64,000 nucleotides of DNA, taken from assembly GCF_009834535.1 (NCBI RefSeq), contig NC_045696.1, positions 46,130,001-46,194,000 on the forward strand, read 5' to 3'. The DNA comes from Camelus ferus (lineage: Eukaryota). Each line of letters starts with the position of its first letter. The first letter of the stretch is position 1. A program made the translations under genes and the position numbers. Under the pieces are notes generated by a model. It saw nothing but the letters and a program-made list of their open reading frames with translations. It searched no databases and was not told the DNA's origin. Below, piece after piece: positions 1 through 12,799 of the stretch.

Positions 1-3000
1 TTTTCAAGTGCAAAAATTTCCTTCAGGAATTAAGGTAAAATAAATGCTTTCTCAAATGAAGGCAATTTGTTGCTTGAAAACTTGCTCTAAAACAACTGCT
101 AAAGGAAGCTTTTCAGACAAAAGGGAAATGATACCACAGGAAAACTTGTACTAACATGATTAAAGGGCAATCCACTGAAATGTAGGTACTTGGGTAAATA
201 CAACTTCTCTTGAACTCTTTAAAATACATTTGATATATGAAGTCAAAAATCATTACACTGATAATTTTTCAATGTACATTAAAGTAGTATATAGGGTAGC
301 TACAACATAAATGGGGAAGAAGAGAAAAAGATATACAGTGGTTAGTTTTCTACATTTTAACTGAAGTGGTAAAATACTGATTTTATATAAGCTGTGAAAA
401 GTTAAGTATGTTATAACTCTTGAGCACCACATAAACTGGGGAGGGAGGAGAGAGATTGACAAACATATAATAAGTAAATTAAAGTGAAATACTAAAAAAA
501 GTTCATATAATCCAAAGGAAGGTTGTAATGGGGAAACAGAAAGGCAAAAAATGAAGGGAAAAACGGCAAACAAATAACAAAATGATAGACTTAAATCCAA
601 ATAAATCAATAATTATATTAAAGGTAAATAATTTAAAAACAAAAGACAGATTATCAAAAAGGACTTAAAAAGAAAAATTAGGTAGGTTAAAGATAAAATT
701 ATGGAAAAAGATACACCATGCAAATATTAATCAAAAGAAAGCTAAATGATAAAAACGAATATTACATAGTAATTAAAGGATCAATCCACCAAGAAGACAA
801 AATAATCCTAAATGAATAATAAAGCTGCAAAACACATGAAGAAAAACTTAACTAAGTGGAAAAAGAAATATTTGACAGTCTCAACTTCCCTCAGTATTTG
901 ATAGAACAAGCCAACAAAAATCAGAAAGGATATAAAAGAACTGAACAGGACCATCAACTAAGTGGATTCAGTACATATTTACAGAACACTCAATAATAGC
1001 CAAGTACACATTCTTTTCAAGTGCACATGGAACAATCACCAATACAGACTACATCCTGGGTTACAAAACAAAAATTAATAAATTTTAAAAAATTGAAGTC
1101 ATATAAAATATGTTCTCCATAATAGACTGAACTAGAAATTGATAACACAAACATAAAGTTTGGATAAAAATTTCCAAACACTTGGATATTAAACAACACA
1201 CTAATTAGTAAGCCACAGATCAAAGAATAAATCTCAAGAAAAAATTTTTTAAAATATTGTACTGAAACAAATTAAAGTCCAGCATATTAAAATTTGAGGG
1301 ATGCCTCTAATGCCATCCATTGAGATAAATTTATAGCATTAAATGCTTAGGTTAGAAAAAAAGAAAGGTCTCAAATGAGTAATCCAAAATTTTACATTAA
1401 GAAACTGGGCGAGGGGGGACTAAACTCAAAAGCAAGCATAAGAAGGAAATGACAATGACAAAGATAAGAGCAGAAACTGAAAAGGAAACAAAAAACAATA
1501 GAGAAGAAAAAATTGGGTTTTATTAATCTTAGGAAGGTTAATAAAGTTGACAAAAGTCCTAGAAAAACTGAAAAAGGAAAAGAAGACAAATTATTAGTAT
1601 CATGAGTGAAACAGAGGATATCATTAAGGACTCTACAGGGATTAAAAGGAAAATATGGGAATACTATGGACAATTAATTGCGTATCAGCCTAGTAACTTT
1701 ATAAAATGGACCAACACTCCAAAAACCATTAACTACCAACACTCACCCAAGATGAAATCAGTATTCTGAAGAGTCTTATAGTTATTTAAAATTTTTAATT
1801 GATTGAGGAAAAAAATCTTTCCTCAAAAACCTCCTGGCTCAGATGATTTCACTGGTATATTTAAAGAAGAAAAAACATCAGTTCTACAGTCTTTTCCTGA
1901 AAATAAAAGAGCAGGGAACACTTCTTAAATCTGTTCATGAAGCAGGCATTCTTCTGTCTGATACCAAAACCAGACAAAGAGGACAAGGAAATAAAAGAAA
2001 ACAGACAAGTATCACTCCTGAACATTGACACAAAAATCCTCTATAAATATCAGCAAATACTATGCAGTAACATATAAAATAATGACCATCATGACCAATC
2101 ACTATATCTACCATATTAACCATCTAAAAAAGAGAAATCAATAGATATCACAAAATTTTTTGATGGAATTCATCACTTCATGATTGAAAAAAGAAAAACT
2201 CAGCAAACTAGTAAAAGAAGATAACTTGTTAAAGAACACCTACAAACAAATCAAAACAAAAAATAAAACCTTTCACATTTTCTTAAATGAAAAGCTGAAT
2301 AATCCCCCCCTTAAATGATGACCAAAACAAAAATATCTTCTTTCACCACTCCTATTCAACAGGAAGAAGATTTGAAAAGGGGAAATAAAATTGTTCCTAT
2401 TTGCAAGAGGCAAAATTGTCTTTGTAGAAAATCCAAAGTACTTTACCCCCCAAAAAAAAACCCCACCCCAAACTCCAAGAACTAGTAAATGAAGTTTTGA
2501 AAGGTCTCAGGACACACAAAAATCAGCCTTATTTCTAGATGCTAAAAATGAACAATTGGAAACTAAAGACAATCTTTTAAAACACAATAGCCCCAGAATA
2601 ATGAACTGCTTAGGTATCAATCTAACAAAATATTTGTAAGCACTGTATGCTGAAAATTATATAATACTGATGAAAAAGTCAATACAGCCCAAAATAAATG
2701 GAGAGATATGCTGTGTTTGTAGATTAAAGATTTAACATAATAAAGGTGTCAATTCTCCACAGATTGATCTATAGATTTAATGTAATTCCAATCAAAATAA
2801 CATGATTTTATAAATATATATAAGAGGATTCTAAAATTCATATGGAAAGACAAAAAATAAAAGAAACGAGAATAGTCAAAACAATTTTGAGATATTAGAA
2901 TAAAATTGGAAGTAATTTTAAAATTAAAATTATAATAATATTATGCCTACAATATAACCTGTAATATATCAATATATTGTAATCTTTAATAATCAAGGCA

Positions 3001-4250
3001 GTTTGCTATTGGCTAAGAGATATACACAAAGATCAATGGAATAAAATAAAGAATCCAGATACAGACCCACACATATATGGCCTATGATATTTTACAAAAC
3101 AAACAGCAACAACAAAAAACCCCTCACATCATATGTAAAATTAACTCAAAATGAATCCTAGATCTAAATATACATAGAACTGTAAAATTTTTTTAAAAAA
3201 ATAGGAGAAAATTTTCATGATATGAGGTTAGCAAAGAATTCTTAGACATGAAAATTCATAAAAGGAAAAAATGATAAATTGGACTTCATCAAACTTTAAA
3301 ACTTTTATCTTGCAAAAGACCGTTAAGAGAAGGAAAAGACCAGTCACAAACTGAGAGAAAATATTTGCAAGTCATATATCTGACAAAAGATTTCTATCCA
3401 AAATATACAAAAATATTCAAAGAACTCTCAAAAACTCACCAATAAGGAAACAACCCAATTTTAAAACAGAAAAAATATTCGTACAGACATTGCATGAAAG
3501 AAAATACATAGTTTTCAAATAAGCATATGAAGATATGCTCAATGTTATTATTTTTAAAAATGAGATACCATCTTATACCTATAAGAAAAGCTAAATTTTT
3601 TTTAAAAAATATGATAATACCAAGTGTTGGTGAGGATGCAGAGAAACTGTAACTTTCATACATTCACGGAATGCAAAATGATACAGCCACTCTGGAAAAC
3701 AACTTAATAGTTTCTTATAAACACATTTGCCATATGACCTAAAAATCCTACTCCTAGGTATTTACTCAGGGGAAACAAAAACATATTTCAAACAACATAT
3801 GTTCACACAGAAGCTCCATTCAAAAACATATAAAACTGGAACCAACACAAATGTCTTTAAATGGGTGAATGGATAAACAAACTGTGATACATCCATACAA
3901 TGGAGTATTATTCAGAAATAAAAGGAACAATATTGACACACAAGAAAACTTGTATAAGTCCCAAATGCATCCTCCTGGATGAAGAAGACAGTCTCAAAAA
4001 GGTTACATGGTATGATTCCATTTATATGACATTCTAGAAAAGGAAAAATTACAGTGACGGAAATTGGATCAGTGGCTGCCATGGGTTAGGGCTCAGGGGA
4101 GGGTGTGACCTCAAAGGGACAGCATGAGGAGCTTTTTGGGGTAACAGACGGTTCTACATCTCAACTGTGATGATGGTTAAAACTCATAGAACTAGAGACC
4201 CAAAAAATGAGTTTTACCATATGTTAATTAAAAAATAAAAATTAAATAAT
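1..4250 (+). mobile_element. Old degenerate LINE-1 (L1M, L1MC-ME type): ORF1 end, long spacer, decayed ORF2, 3' UTR
   Basis: L1 ORF2-like motifs (ttcttttcaagtgcacatggaaca ~1012; ctgataccaaaaccagacaaag ~1958; ccactcctattcaac ~2346; tatagatttaatgtaattccaatcaaaat ~2770), L1M-type 3' UTR ending in an A-rich tail ~4230-4250; no long ORF. Confidence 0.9.
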
Positions 4251-4304
4251 TTTCAATTATCTGAATTCTAAGGAGGAAAATAGTTACCATTTTCTGATCT
4301 CGAA

Positions 4305-4500
4305 CTATGTGCCAGAAACTTGCCGTCTACAGGCTTTATATCCATTAACTTATTAATCCCTACCAAAACCCTGTTAAATTTTCTTATTCCATAGTTGAGG
4401 AAATTGAACAATGGGAGAGATAAACAAACTTGCTCATGATCATAGAAATAATAAGTGGCTGAGTCAGGATTTAAACTTGTCTCTCTCCATCTAGGCCCAT
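4305..4500 (-). mobile_element. MIR SINE
   Basis: MIR core in reverse: gaggaaattgaa...cttgctcatgatcata...aagtggctgagtcaggatttaaac. Confidence 0.7.
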
Positions 4501-5763
4501 AACAATCATCACTTTGGGTATTGAGACAGAAAACCAATTTTGGAAGAAGACTGATAGCAGAATATTTGCTTCTGCTGTTTAAGGTGGTTACAAACTAGTA
4601 TTTATTACTAACATCTAAACTGAAAGGCAAAAAAAAAAAATATTGAAGGGCAAAGTATTTTAGAATCCTGACAACTCTCAAGATATTTAAGAACTATAAA
4701 ACTCTCCTTTGTCTATAATGCAAATAGCCTAGAGACTCAAGTAACAGAAGTGGGTTTTTTTAAACTCCAATTTACTTTTATGTGAAAAATACAAATGACA
4801 AGTAAACAAGCTGATATTAGGAATTTTTTAAGCAATTTCCAAAAAATACCACAGGGTCAGCGTATTTTCAGCTCAGTTTCTTAAACTGTCTACTTTGAAG
4901 TGTAGAATGCAAATCAATAAGTATTTGACCACCTACTATTTACATCCGTTTTGATAACTGTGTTACTTCAAGATCCTGAAGTGCCTTTTAAATCATTAAA
5001 ACAAGTTTAAAATTTGTCCAGATGGTTTTATGACTGTTTATTTCATCATTTTCCCCTAAAACTTGAAAGCCTGTTACTGTATAGTAATTAGCCAGATTAT
5101 TAAATTAACTATAAAATCCCATTCCCTCATCATTTCAATGAAATAGGAGTTCAGAGTGTTTAACTGTTTTAAAAGACAAAGTAAAATCAAAAGCAAAACA
5201 AAATCTTTGTCTTTGTTAAATACACTTCCTGGTTACTAATTTTGAGCTGTATGATCAAGACACATCAAAGGCTTTCAATTTCTATTCTTCTTCCATATAA
5301 CCCTAGGGTTAGGGTTCATGTTAAGTTATTTCAAAAATAATTTAGACTGCTGTGAAGGAGAATGCATTCTTTGCCTCTTTGCACCCATAATAAAATGCTT
5401 CTGCTTTGGGATGCTGGGAAATTCTGCTCAACTTAATTCAATTCCTTAAAATTTTTAGTATTATAGTAAGTATTATGTTAGATTTTGAAAAGAAAAAATT
5501 AAGTCAAGCATGAACTTTACTCTCAGGTTACTCAAAATCAAATAGGGTAGACAAGTATGTAAACAACTGTGCAAAAATAGACTTATCTCTAAAATCTAGA
5601 GACACACGAAGGAAGTAAGAAGCAACTTTGCTTGGATAGGTGAACGAAGGCAACACAGAGTATAAACATATTGAATGGATCTTCACTCAGCTGCACCTAC
5701 ATTACTTTCCTCTCTTCCCCCAGGACCCATTATGCAAGCCACCATAAAGAAAACCTATTAATC

Positions 5764-5947
5764 CAGAGATCAGCAAACATTTTCTGTAAAAGAGCAAAGA
5801 GAAATTATTTTACACTCTGCAAACTGTCTGAGTGAAAGCAGCTATAAACAATATCTAAATGAATGAGTGTGGCTATGTTCCAACAAATATTTACAAAAAT
5901 AGGTGAAGGCTAGATTGGACCTGCAGACCATAGCTTGCCACCTTCTG
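5764..5947 (+). mobile_element. MER58A-like hAT-Charlie MITE
   Basis: Starts cagagatcagcaaacattttctgtaaa, internal aaatgaatgagtgtggctatgttcca, ends ccatagcttgccaccttctg (degenerate TIRs). Confidence 0.8.
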
Positions 5948-7579
5948 CATTAAGCAAATCAATACAACATATATGTCTGAGCTTCAAATATAAATTAGTT
6001 GGTCCTTCACTGATGAAACAATAAAGGATTTGTGCCTACGAAAAATCTGATTTCTTACCGACAAAGTTAATAAAGACTCAAATTCTTTTGCTGCAGATAC
6101 TTGAAATTCAAGAGCCTTCTTATATAAACAAAACCTCAACTCCTAAAAACTTTGTTCCTGGTCTAACAAATTGTTCTTTATTACCTGTAGTTATGGGGTG
6201 TATTAGGAAGCCCTGAAATTTAAGAGGAAGAGTTTCATTGACCATGTTCTTCTTATTCTCAGGCTTCTGTTTTGAAAGGTCTGAGAATTTGAACAAATGG
6301 AAATGCAAGTGAGCTGTGTGTGGAAGTGCTTCTATGTTCCAGTGTGGCTAATCAGGTCTTTATCCCTTAGCAACTAACTCCTTTATAGCATAGCCATGCA
6401 GAGAGCTTTTCAGCAAGTCTTAATTGAGACAAGTCCACTCCATGGGTAAATGCTTTGAGCTTGACCCTTTGATTTCAAGGAATAAAAGAGCCACCCATTG
6501 ACAAGTAATCTCAAACTTCTTTCATCATAGTGTCTGAAGAATAGGAACTGGAACTGAGACTGTCCTAAATAGGTGATAACAGACAGGGGTGATGTCAGAG
6601 AAGTGTGAATGCCATGACCAGTATCCTAATTCATGGTTAAATCTGGGATATCATTTTTGAAAAAAAGTTAATCTGGCATCATCTAGAGGCACTAAAATTC
6701 AGGTGAGTCAGCAGGTCAGTAATAAGTAGTACAAGCTTTTTTTTCAACTGCTGTTTTTAAAAACATAGTAATTACCACTGAATGCAAAGTGCATCCTGCT
6801 AAAAAAAATTATTATTCTGATGCTTTCGCAAAGGTAATGCTTTTATTTTATTATGAGCTGCCCACGTGCGCTTCCTAGGCTATGATTCATCTGAACAGTT
6901 TTTCTTTTAAAGAACATTTTATTCTGGAATGAAAAAAAAATACTGAATGCCCCACAATGGTGTGGGGTTAGCATAAACATGGTATGACAGGCAGTTACAT
7001 TTAAAAACCAGAATAATGACATAATCTTATAGTATATCAAAGCTGCTATGTGATTTCTTATGTACAGCATTTTGGTTTTCATGACGATAATTTCAGAGGC
7101 CATATGATGATGAATCATGGTCCTGTTTACGGTGCTAACATTTTGTTCTCCCTTGTAACTATGACGGGAACCTGAAGAGATTTTCAGCTCATCCTAATTT
7201 TCCTCCCTGAAGTTGCTACTTACTGTCTGCAGCTGATGCTCTTTGCAGGCAGTATCCTGGAGCTCCAGGTTTCCTGAATGGTAAAGATATCTCTAACCAG
7301 AGGGCAGGGACCTAAAAGCCCTAAATTAAGTTTCTAATCACAAGCAAGATGGTCTTGCACTAAAGACCCTTTGAGAGTAGCAGCAATCATGCCATTGTGT
7401 CTTTGTCACCGTATCAAATAGAATTCTTATTTTAGCCTTAGAAGCAATTCTTTCTTTGTAGAGAGTGAAGAGAAACTCTCAACAGTCAGTCTGAAGAACA
7501 GGACACAGTAGAACAGAACACATTTCCTCTTCTCTTCCCCGTGGCTCTGGAGCCGATTTATTTTATTTAACAATTACAC

Positions 7580-7750
7580 AGCAAATGCTATTTGACAAAT
7601 GTTATCCTATTTAATCTTCGTAGCAACCTTGTGACGTAGTTACTACGGTTATCTCCAATTTACAAAGGAGAAAATGAGACACTGAGTGCTCAAGACCAGC
7701 AGGCAGTGAGCCCAGGTTCAAGTGTAGGTTACTCAGCCCATCGCTCAGTA
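7580..7750 (-). mobile_element. MIR SINE
   Basis: atttaatcttcgtagcaaccttgtga...tctccaatttacaaaggagaaaatgagacactgag. Confidence 0.7.
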
Positions 7751-8457
7751 GCAGCCAGCTACTTTCTTCCCTTCTTGGAGGTCTCCAAGTCTCCAGCCTC
7801 CAATGGGGCTGGAGGGAAACTTCTAATGAATAATGCACCAAACAAACTGCACTAGAAGCACAACATTTTAGACATACTGAAAATACTTCATGAATTTTTA
7901 TTTTGAATTCCTTCTGCATGCATAGAATTCATGCTTAATAAAAGAGAAAACAACTCTGCATGTCTGAGATCTTCACAGCTGGTTTGCCAAGTATGGTATC
8001 TTCTTACACTCTGTCATACTGTTGGCCTGTTCAGTTTAGCATTTGCCCTGGGTTTTTCATTTTTAACCTTGTATTATTAGTTACAGTTCATTAAAAATGT
8101 CAAGATGGGTCTGTGGACTTTCACTTTTCCAGATTTAGCTCTTACTCAGCTAGGACCAACAGAGATTTTGTGCAGGGAGTGGAGTTCCCACAAGAGTGCA
8201 GGATTAAATCTAATAGACACCCAGATCTTTCTAGGAACAAACTAACACCAGTCTCCCAAGGAGATCATGCAGGTCACTTAGTAACAAAAGGAAATGCACA
8301 CAGATACCATCTTGGTGCTTGCTGCCCTGCTGGCGTAGTGGTGGTCCAGCCAGTGGGGTGTGACTGAGGTGGTAATTCTTGTCATAGTCCTCACCCTAGC
8401 CCACAGGATTCCTGAAGCTGTCAGCCTGCCTATTTTCTTTAGGAACTTGGGGGATTA

Positions 8458-8758
8458 TAGGGCTGATATATGTGAAATATGCAGGAGAAACAAAGACAAG
8501 ATGTCCTAACCTGTAAACTACTGACTAAGCATTCAAATAAGTACAAAACACAAGTTAAAAAATAAAGGATTCAAATGAGACAATTCTCTGCTTATATAAT
8601 AATTTTAATATACAGATAATCCATATAAACATCTTTTATATTTTGCTTTAACATACATAGATTTATTTCATTTATTTATTAAGAATTTTATTTTTTAATT
8701 ATGTAACTATAATTATCAGCATCCCATTTTGCTCTCAAAATTTTATATGGTCACCCTA
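8458..8758. mobile_element. Possible hAT-Blackjack-type MITE
   Basis: Imperfect terminal inverted repeats tagggctgatatat / atatggtcacccta resemble TAGGGTGACC Blackjack ends. Confidence 0.35.
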
Positions 8759-8767
8759 TCTGAAGAG

Positions 8768-8960
8768 GAAACTCATTACACCGTGAGGCAGTCCTTCCTA
8801 TTTACAGATAGGAGCTACAGTTCCTAGAAAGCTCTTCCTCATGCTTATTCAATATCTGCTTCCTGGTAAATTTTTCTTAGTTTAGTTCTGCCTTCTGAAC
8901 CTACACAAATTAAATTCCAGGACCTTTTCTCTAGAAGAAATTTTAAGAACAGTATCTTCT
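8768..8960 (-). mobile_element. CR1/L3 LINE fragment
   Basis: aactcattacaccgtgaggcag...agaaagctcttcctcat...tagttctgccttctg resembles reverse L3 3' region. Confidence 0.55.
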
Positions 8961-9199
8961 GGTTCCTGTCCACCCAAGCAGATTTCATAATGTTTACAAT
9001 TTCAGTATATTTACTTTTTCCTGGCTTTGTCTTGAAGAGCTTTTAGAATGTTCACTCCAGTCATTTAACAAGTAAACATTTGTTCCTAAACAAAACAGAC
9101 GGCAAAAGGTGTTTTTTTTAAATTATCTATCTTTTCCTTTGTGGTGTTGTTCCTGATCTCATTTCTTCTCTCTAGTATTTATTTCTCACAGAGACAGTG

Positions 9200-12110
9200 A
9201 AATACTTAAGCTAAAAAAAAATTAAAAAGAAAAAGAAAGAAGAGAAATATTCCCTAAGGAAAAAGAAATAATGGCAGATACAAAATAAGATTTCTATATA
9301 CCACATATAGAAAATTGGCATAGTGTCTTTAAAAGAGCATAAGCTGTCAGGTTTGATAGGGTTTGGGGAGCATTATATAAAGTAATATACAAAAAACAAA
9401 ACAGATTGGAAGTACTATGTAAGCATTAGTGATTATTATTATAAAAATGCACCTTTTTAGACCTTGTTTTATACACCACCTCCTGACTAAGAAATAAAAA
9501 GGAAAAAAAAATACTATTAGAAATACAAGGGGATGGCCATTTTAATGGCCATATTACCCAAAAATGGCCATACTACCCAAAGTAATCTACAGATTTAATG
9601 CAATCCCTATCAAATTACCCAGGACACTTTTCATAGAACTAGGACAAATCATACCAAAATTTATATGGAATCAAAAAAGACCCAGAATTGTCAAAGCATT
9701 ACTGAAGAAAAAGAATGAAGCTGGAAGAATAACCCTCCCAGACTTCAGACAATACTACAGAGCTACAGTAATCAAAACAACATGGTATTGGTTTAAAAAA
9801 AAAAAAAAAACAGACATATGGATCAGTGGAACAGAATAGAGAGCCCAGAAATGAACCCACAAGCTTTTGGTCAATTAATCTTTGACAAAGGAGTCAAGAA
9901 CATACAATGGAATAAAGACAGTCTCTTCAGCAAATAGTGTTGGGAAAACTGGACAGCTGCATGTAAATCAATGAAGTTAGAATACTCCCTCAAACCATAC
10001 ATAAAAATAAACTCAAAATGGCTTAAGGACTTAAACATAAGACAAGACACAATAAATCTCCTAGAAGAAAACATAGGCAAACATTATCTGACTTGGATCT
10101 CAGCAATGTTCTCTTAGGGTAGTCTACCCAAGCAATATAAATAAAAGCAAAAATAAACAAATGGGACCTAATTAAGCTTACAAGCTTTTGTACAGCAAAG
10201 GAAACCATAAACAAAACAAAATGACAACCTAACGGAATGGGAGAAAATATTTACAAGAGACTGACAAGGGCTTAATTTCCAGAATATATAAACAGCTCAT
10301 ACAACTTAATAAGAAAAAAACAAACAACCCAATCCAAAAATTGGCAGAAGAACTAAACAAGCAATTCTCCAACGAACACGTACAAATGGCCAATAGACAC
10401 ATGAAAAAATTCTTAATATTGCTAATTATCAGAGAAATGCAAATCAAAACTACAATGAGGTATCACCTCATACCAGTCAGAATGGCCATCATTCAAAAGT
10501 CCACAAACAATAAATGCTGGAGAGGATGTGGAGAAAAGGAAACCCTCCTACACTGTTGGTGGGAATGTAGTTTGGTGCATCCATTGTGGAAAACAGTATG
10601 GATATTCCTCAAAAGACTAAAAATAGACTTACCATATGATCCAGCCATCCCACTGTTGGGCATACATCCAGAGGGAACCTTAATTCAAAAAGATACTTGC
10701 ACCTCAATGTTCACAGCAGCACTATTTACAACAGCCAAGACATGGAAACAACCTAAATGTCCATCAACAGATGACTGAATAAGGAAATTGTAGTATATTT
10801 ATACAATGGAATACTATTCAGCCATAAGAAAATAATAAAATAATGCCATTTGCAGCAACATGGATGTTCCTGGAGAATGTCATTCTAAGTGAAGTAAGCC
10901 AGAAAGAGAAAGAAAAATAGCATATATCACTCATATGTGGAATCAAAAAAAAAAAAAGACAAACTTATTTATAAAACAGAAACAGACTCACAGACATAGA
11001 AAACAAACTTATGGTTACCAGGGGGGGAAGTGGGTGGGAAGGGATAAATTGGGAGTTCGAGATTTGCAGATACTGATAGTATATATAAAATAGATAAACA
11101 AGTTTATACTGCATAGCATAGGAACTATATTCAGTATCTTGTAGTAGCTTATGGTAAAAAAGAATATGTAAACAAATATATGTATATTCACATATGACTG
11201 AAGCATTGTGCTGTACACCAGAAATTGACACAGCATTGTAAACTGACTATACTTCAATTAAAAAAAAGACAACAACAAAAAATAAAATTTAAAAAAATAC
11301 AAGAGGAAATATAGATATAAAAATTTTTAAGAGATCATATTGTAAACTCTAACAATAAATTTGGAAATCCAGATTAAACATGTCATACACTAGAAAAACA
11401 AAAATTACCAAACTGACTCAAGAGGAGGTAGGAAATCTGAATAGATCCTTAGACCCACACAGGCAGAAGGTGGGAGTAGTGGCTGCCCTGCTCACCATAG
11501 TAAATGCCCCTATCCAGAGTATCTCACAGTTACCAGATAGAGACGTTGAGTATATACCTGTGGAAGCACTGAATAAATCAAACATGTAAGAAAAAAATGA
11601 AAAAATTTTCACCCCAAAAAGGCGACAGGACCAGATGACTTTGGAGATAGGCTCTATCAAACATTTCTGAGACAAGCAATTTCTATTTGCTATTAAAACC
11701 AATTCATAGCTTTAGTTAAGCTAGCCTAATGAAACTTAAAAGAGTGTCTATGAATGCAGATGCCAAAACCCTAAATACAGTGTTATAAAATTATTCCAGA
11801 AGTGTAATAAAGAAGTATAAAAGCAAGTGTGTCATATCAAGAATAAAAGAGCAGTTCAATATTAAGACATTTATTAAAGCAGAAAATCACATGATCATCT
11901 CAAGAGATGCAGGAAAGACACTTGGCAAAATTCAACCATATCCCTGATAAAAATATCTTAGAAAATGAGAATTGAAAAGCATCTCCATAATGTGACTTTT
12001 TAAATTATCATAAGATAGTAATAAACATAATTTTAGACATCTGAACCACATTTTCCTAAAGGCAGGAACAACATAACGATGCCCTTTTGTTATTGCAAAT
12101 GATTATCTTT
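9200..12110 (+). mobile_element. Very old L1 ORF2 fragment split by the younger L1 at 9533-11294
   Basis: ORF2-like sequence resumes after 11306 (ttaccaaactgactcaagaggaggtaggaaatctgaataga; aaaatcacatgatcatctcaagagatgcaggaaa). Confidence 0.7.
9533..11294 (+). mobile_element. 5'-truncated lineage-specific L1 (ORF2 C-terminus plus 3' UTR)
   Basis: ORFs 9564-9839 and 10341-10778 match L1 ORF2 C-terminus incl. [19 protein letters not shown]-rich 3' UTR, A-rich tail; TSD aaatacaagggg (9521-9532) / aaatacaagagg (11295-11306), 11/12. Confidence 0.95.
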
Positions 12111-12799
12111 TTGCCCAGACTGAAAGCCCCTGGAAGACTGGAACTAGATCTAATATATTTGTTATCACCACAAGTTCATCATCACTTTTAAAGTATTTCA
12201 TAAATGGTATTCTTATGCCCCAGAATCTTTTAGTGAATTCAAACCTCAAATTACTTAGTAGGCTTATAAACTGAAATAAATAAATAAAAATTATAATCTT
12301 CATGTGACTTTATGAGTAAAAAATCCTCAGCAACCTCAGCCCCTGATAACCTAAGAACCATGTATTTCATAATTTCTATGATTAGGTGAAACTTTTAGTC
12401 TGTCATTCACTCTACCTTCTATAAAAAGATACCATTTGATCATTTATCAGAAGGTTCGAGTAATTCTCCAGATACAATCAGTGATTTGCTCTTCCCCACT
12501 GAAATCTCTCACCCATGGCAGAACCTGCTTCTGTTTGCTTCCCCGTCTTCTCCTGTCACTTTCTGTTTGAGTCTGTAAGATGAAAGTTAAGGAAGAGGAC
12601 ATGGACCTGATAAGTGTGTCCTCAAGCCAGCCCTAAGAACTGCCAAGTCCAGAAGTTCTTGCCAGATCAAATTCCTTGGACACTCTCTTATCAGGATCTT
12701 CCTCAGTGTTGTCTTTGTTTCCCTAAGAACTGCTTTATTTGGTTTTGTCTACCCAGAGATGATGGGGTCACTGAACCTCAGCTGGTGACAAATCATCTT

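Noticed and set aside
5298..5316. 14-bp palindrome taaccctagggtta with telomere-like hexamers
   Set aside because: A few palindromes of this length are expected by chance in 64 kb; only about two TTAGGG units.
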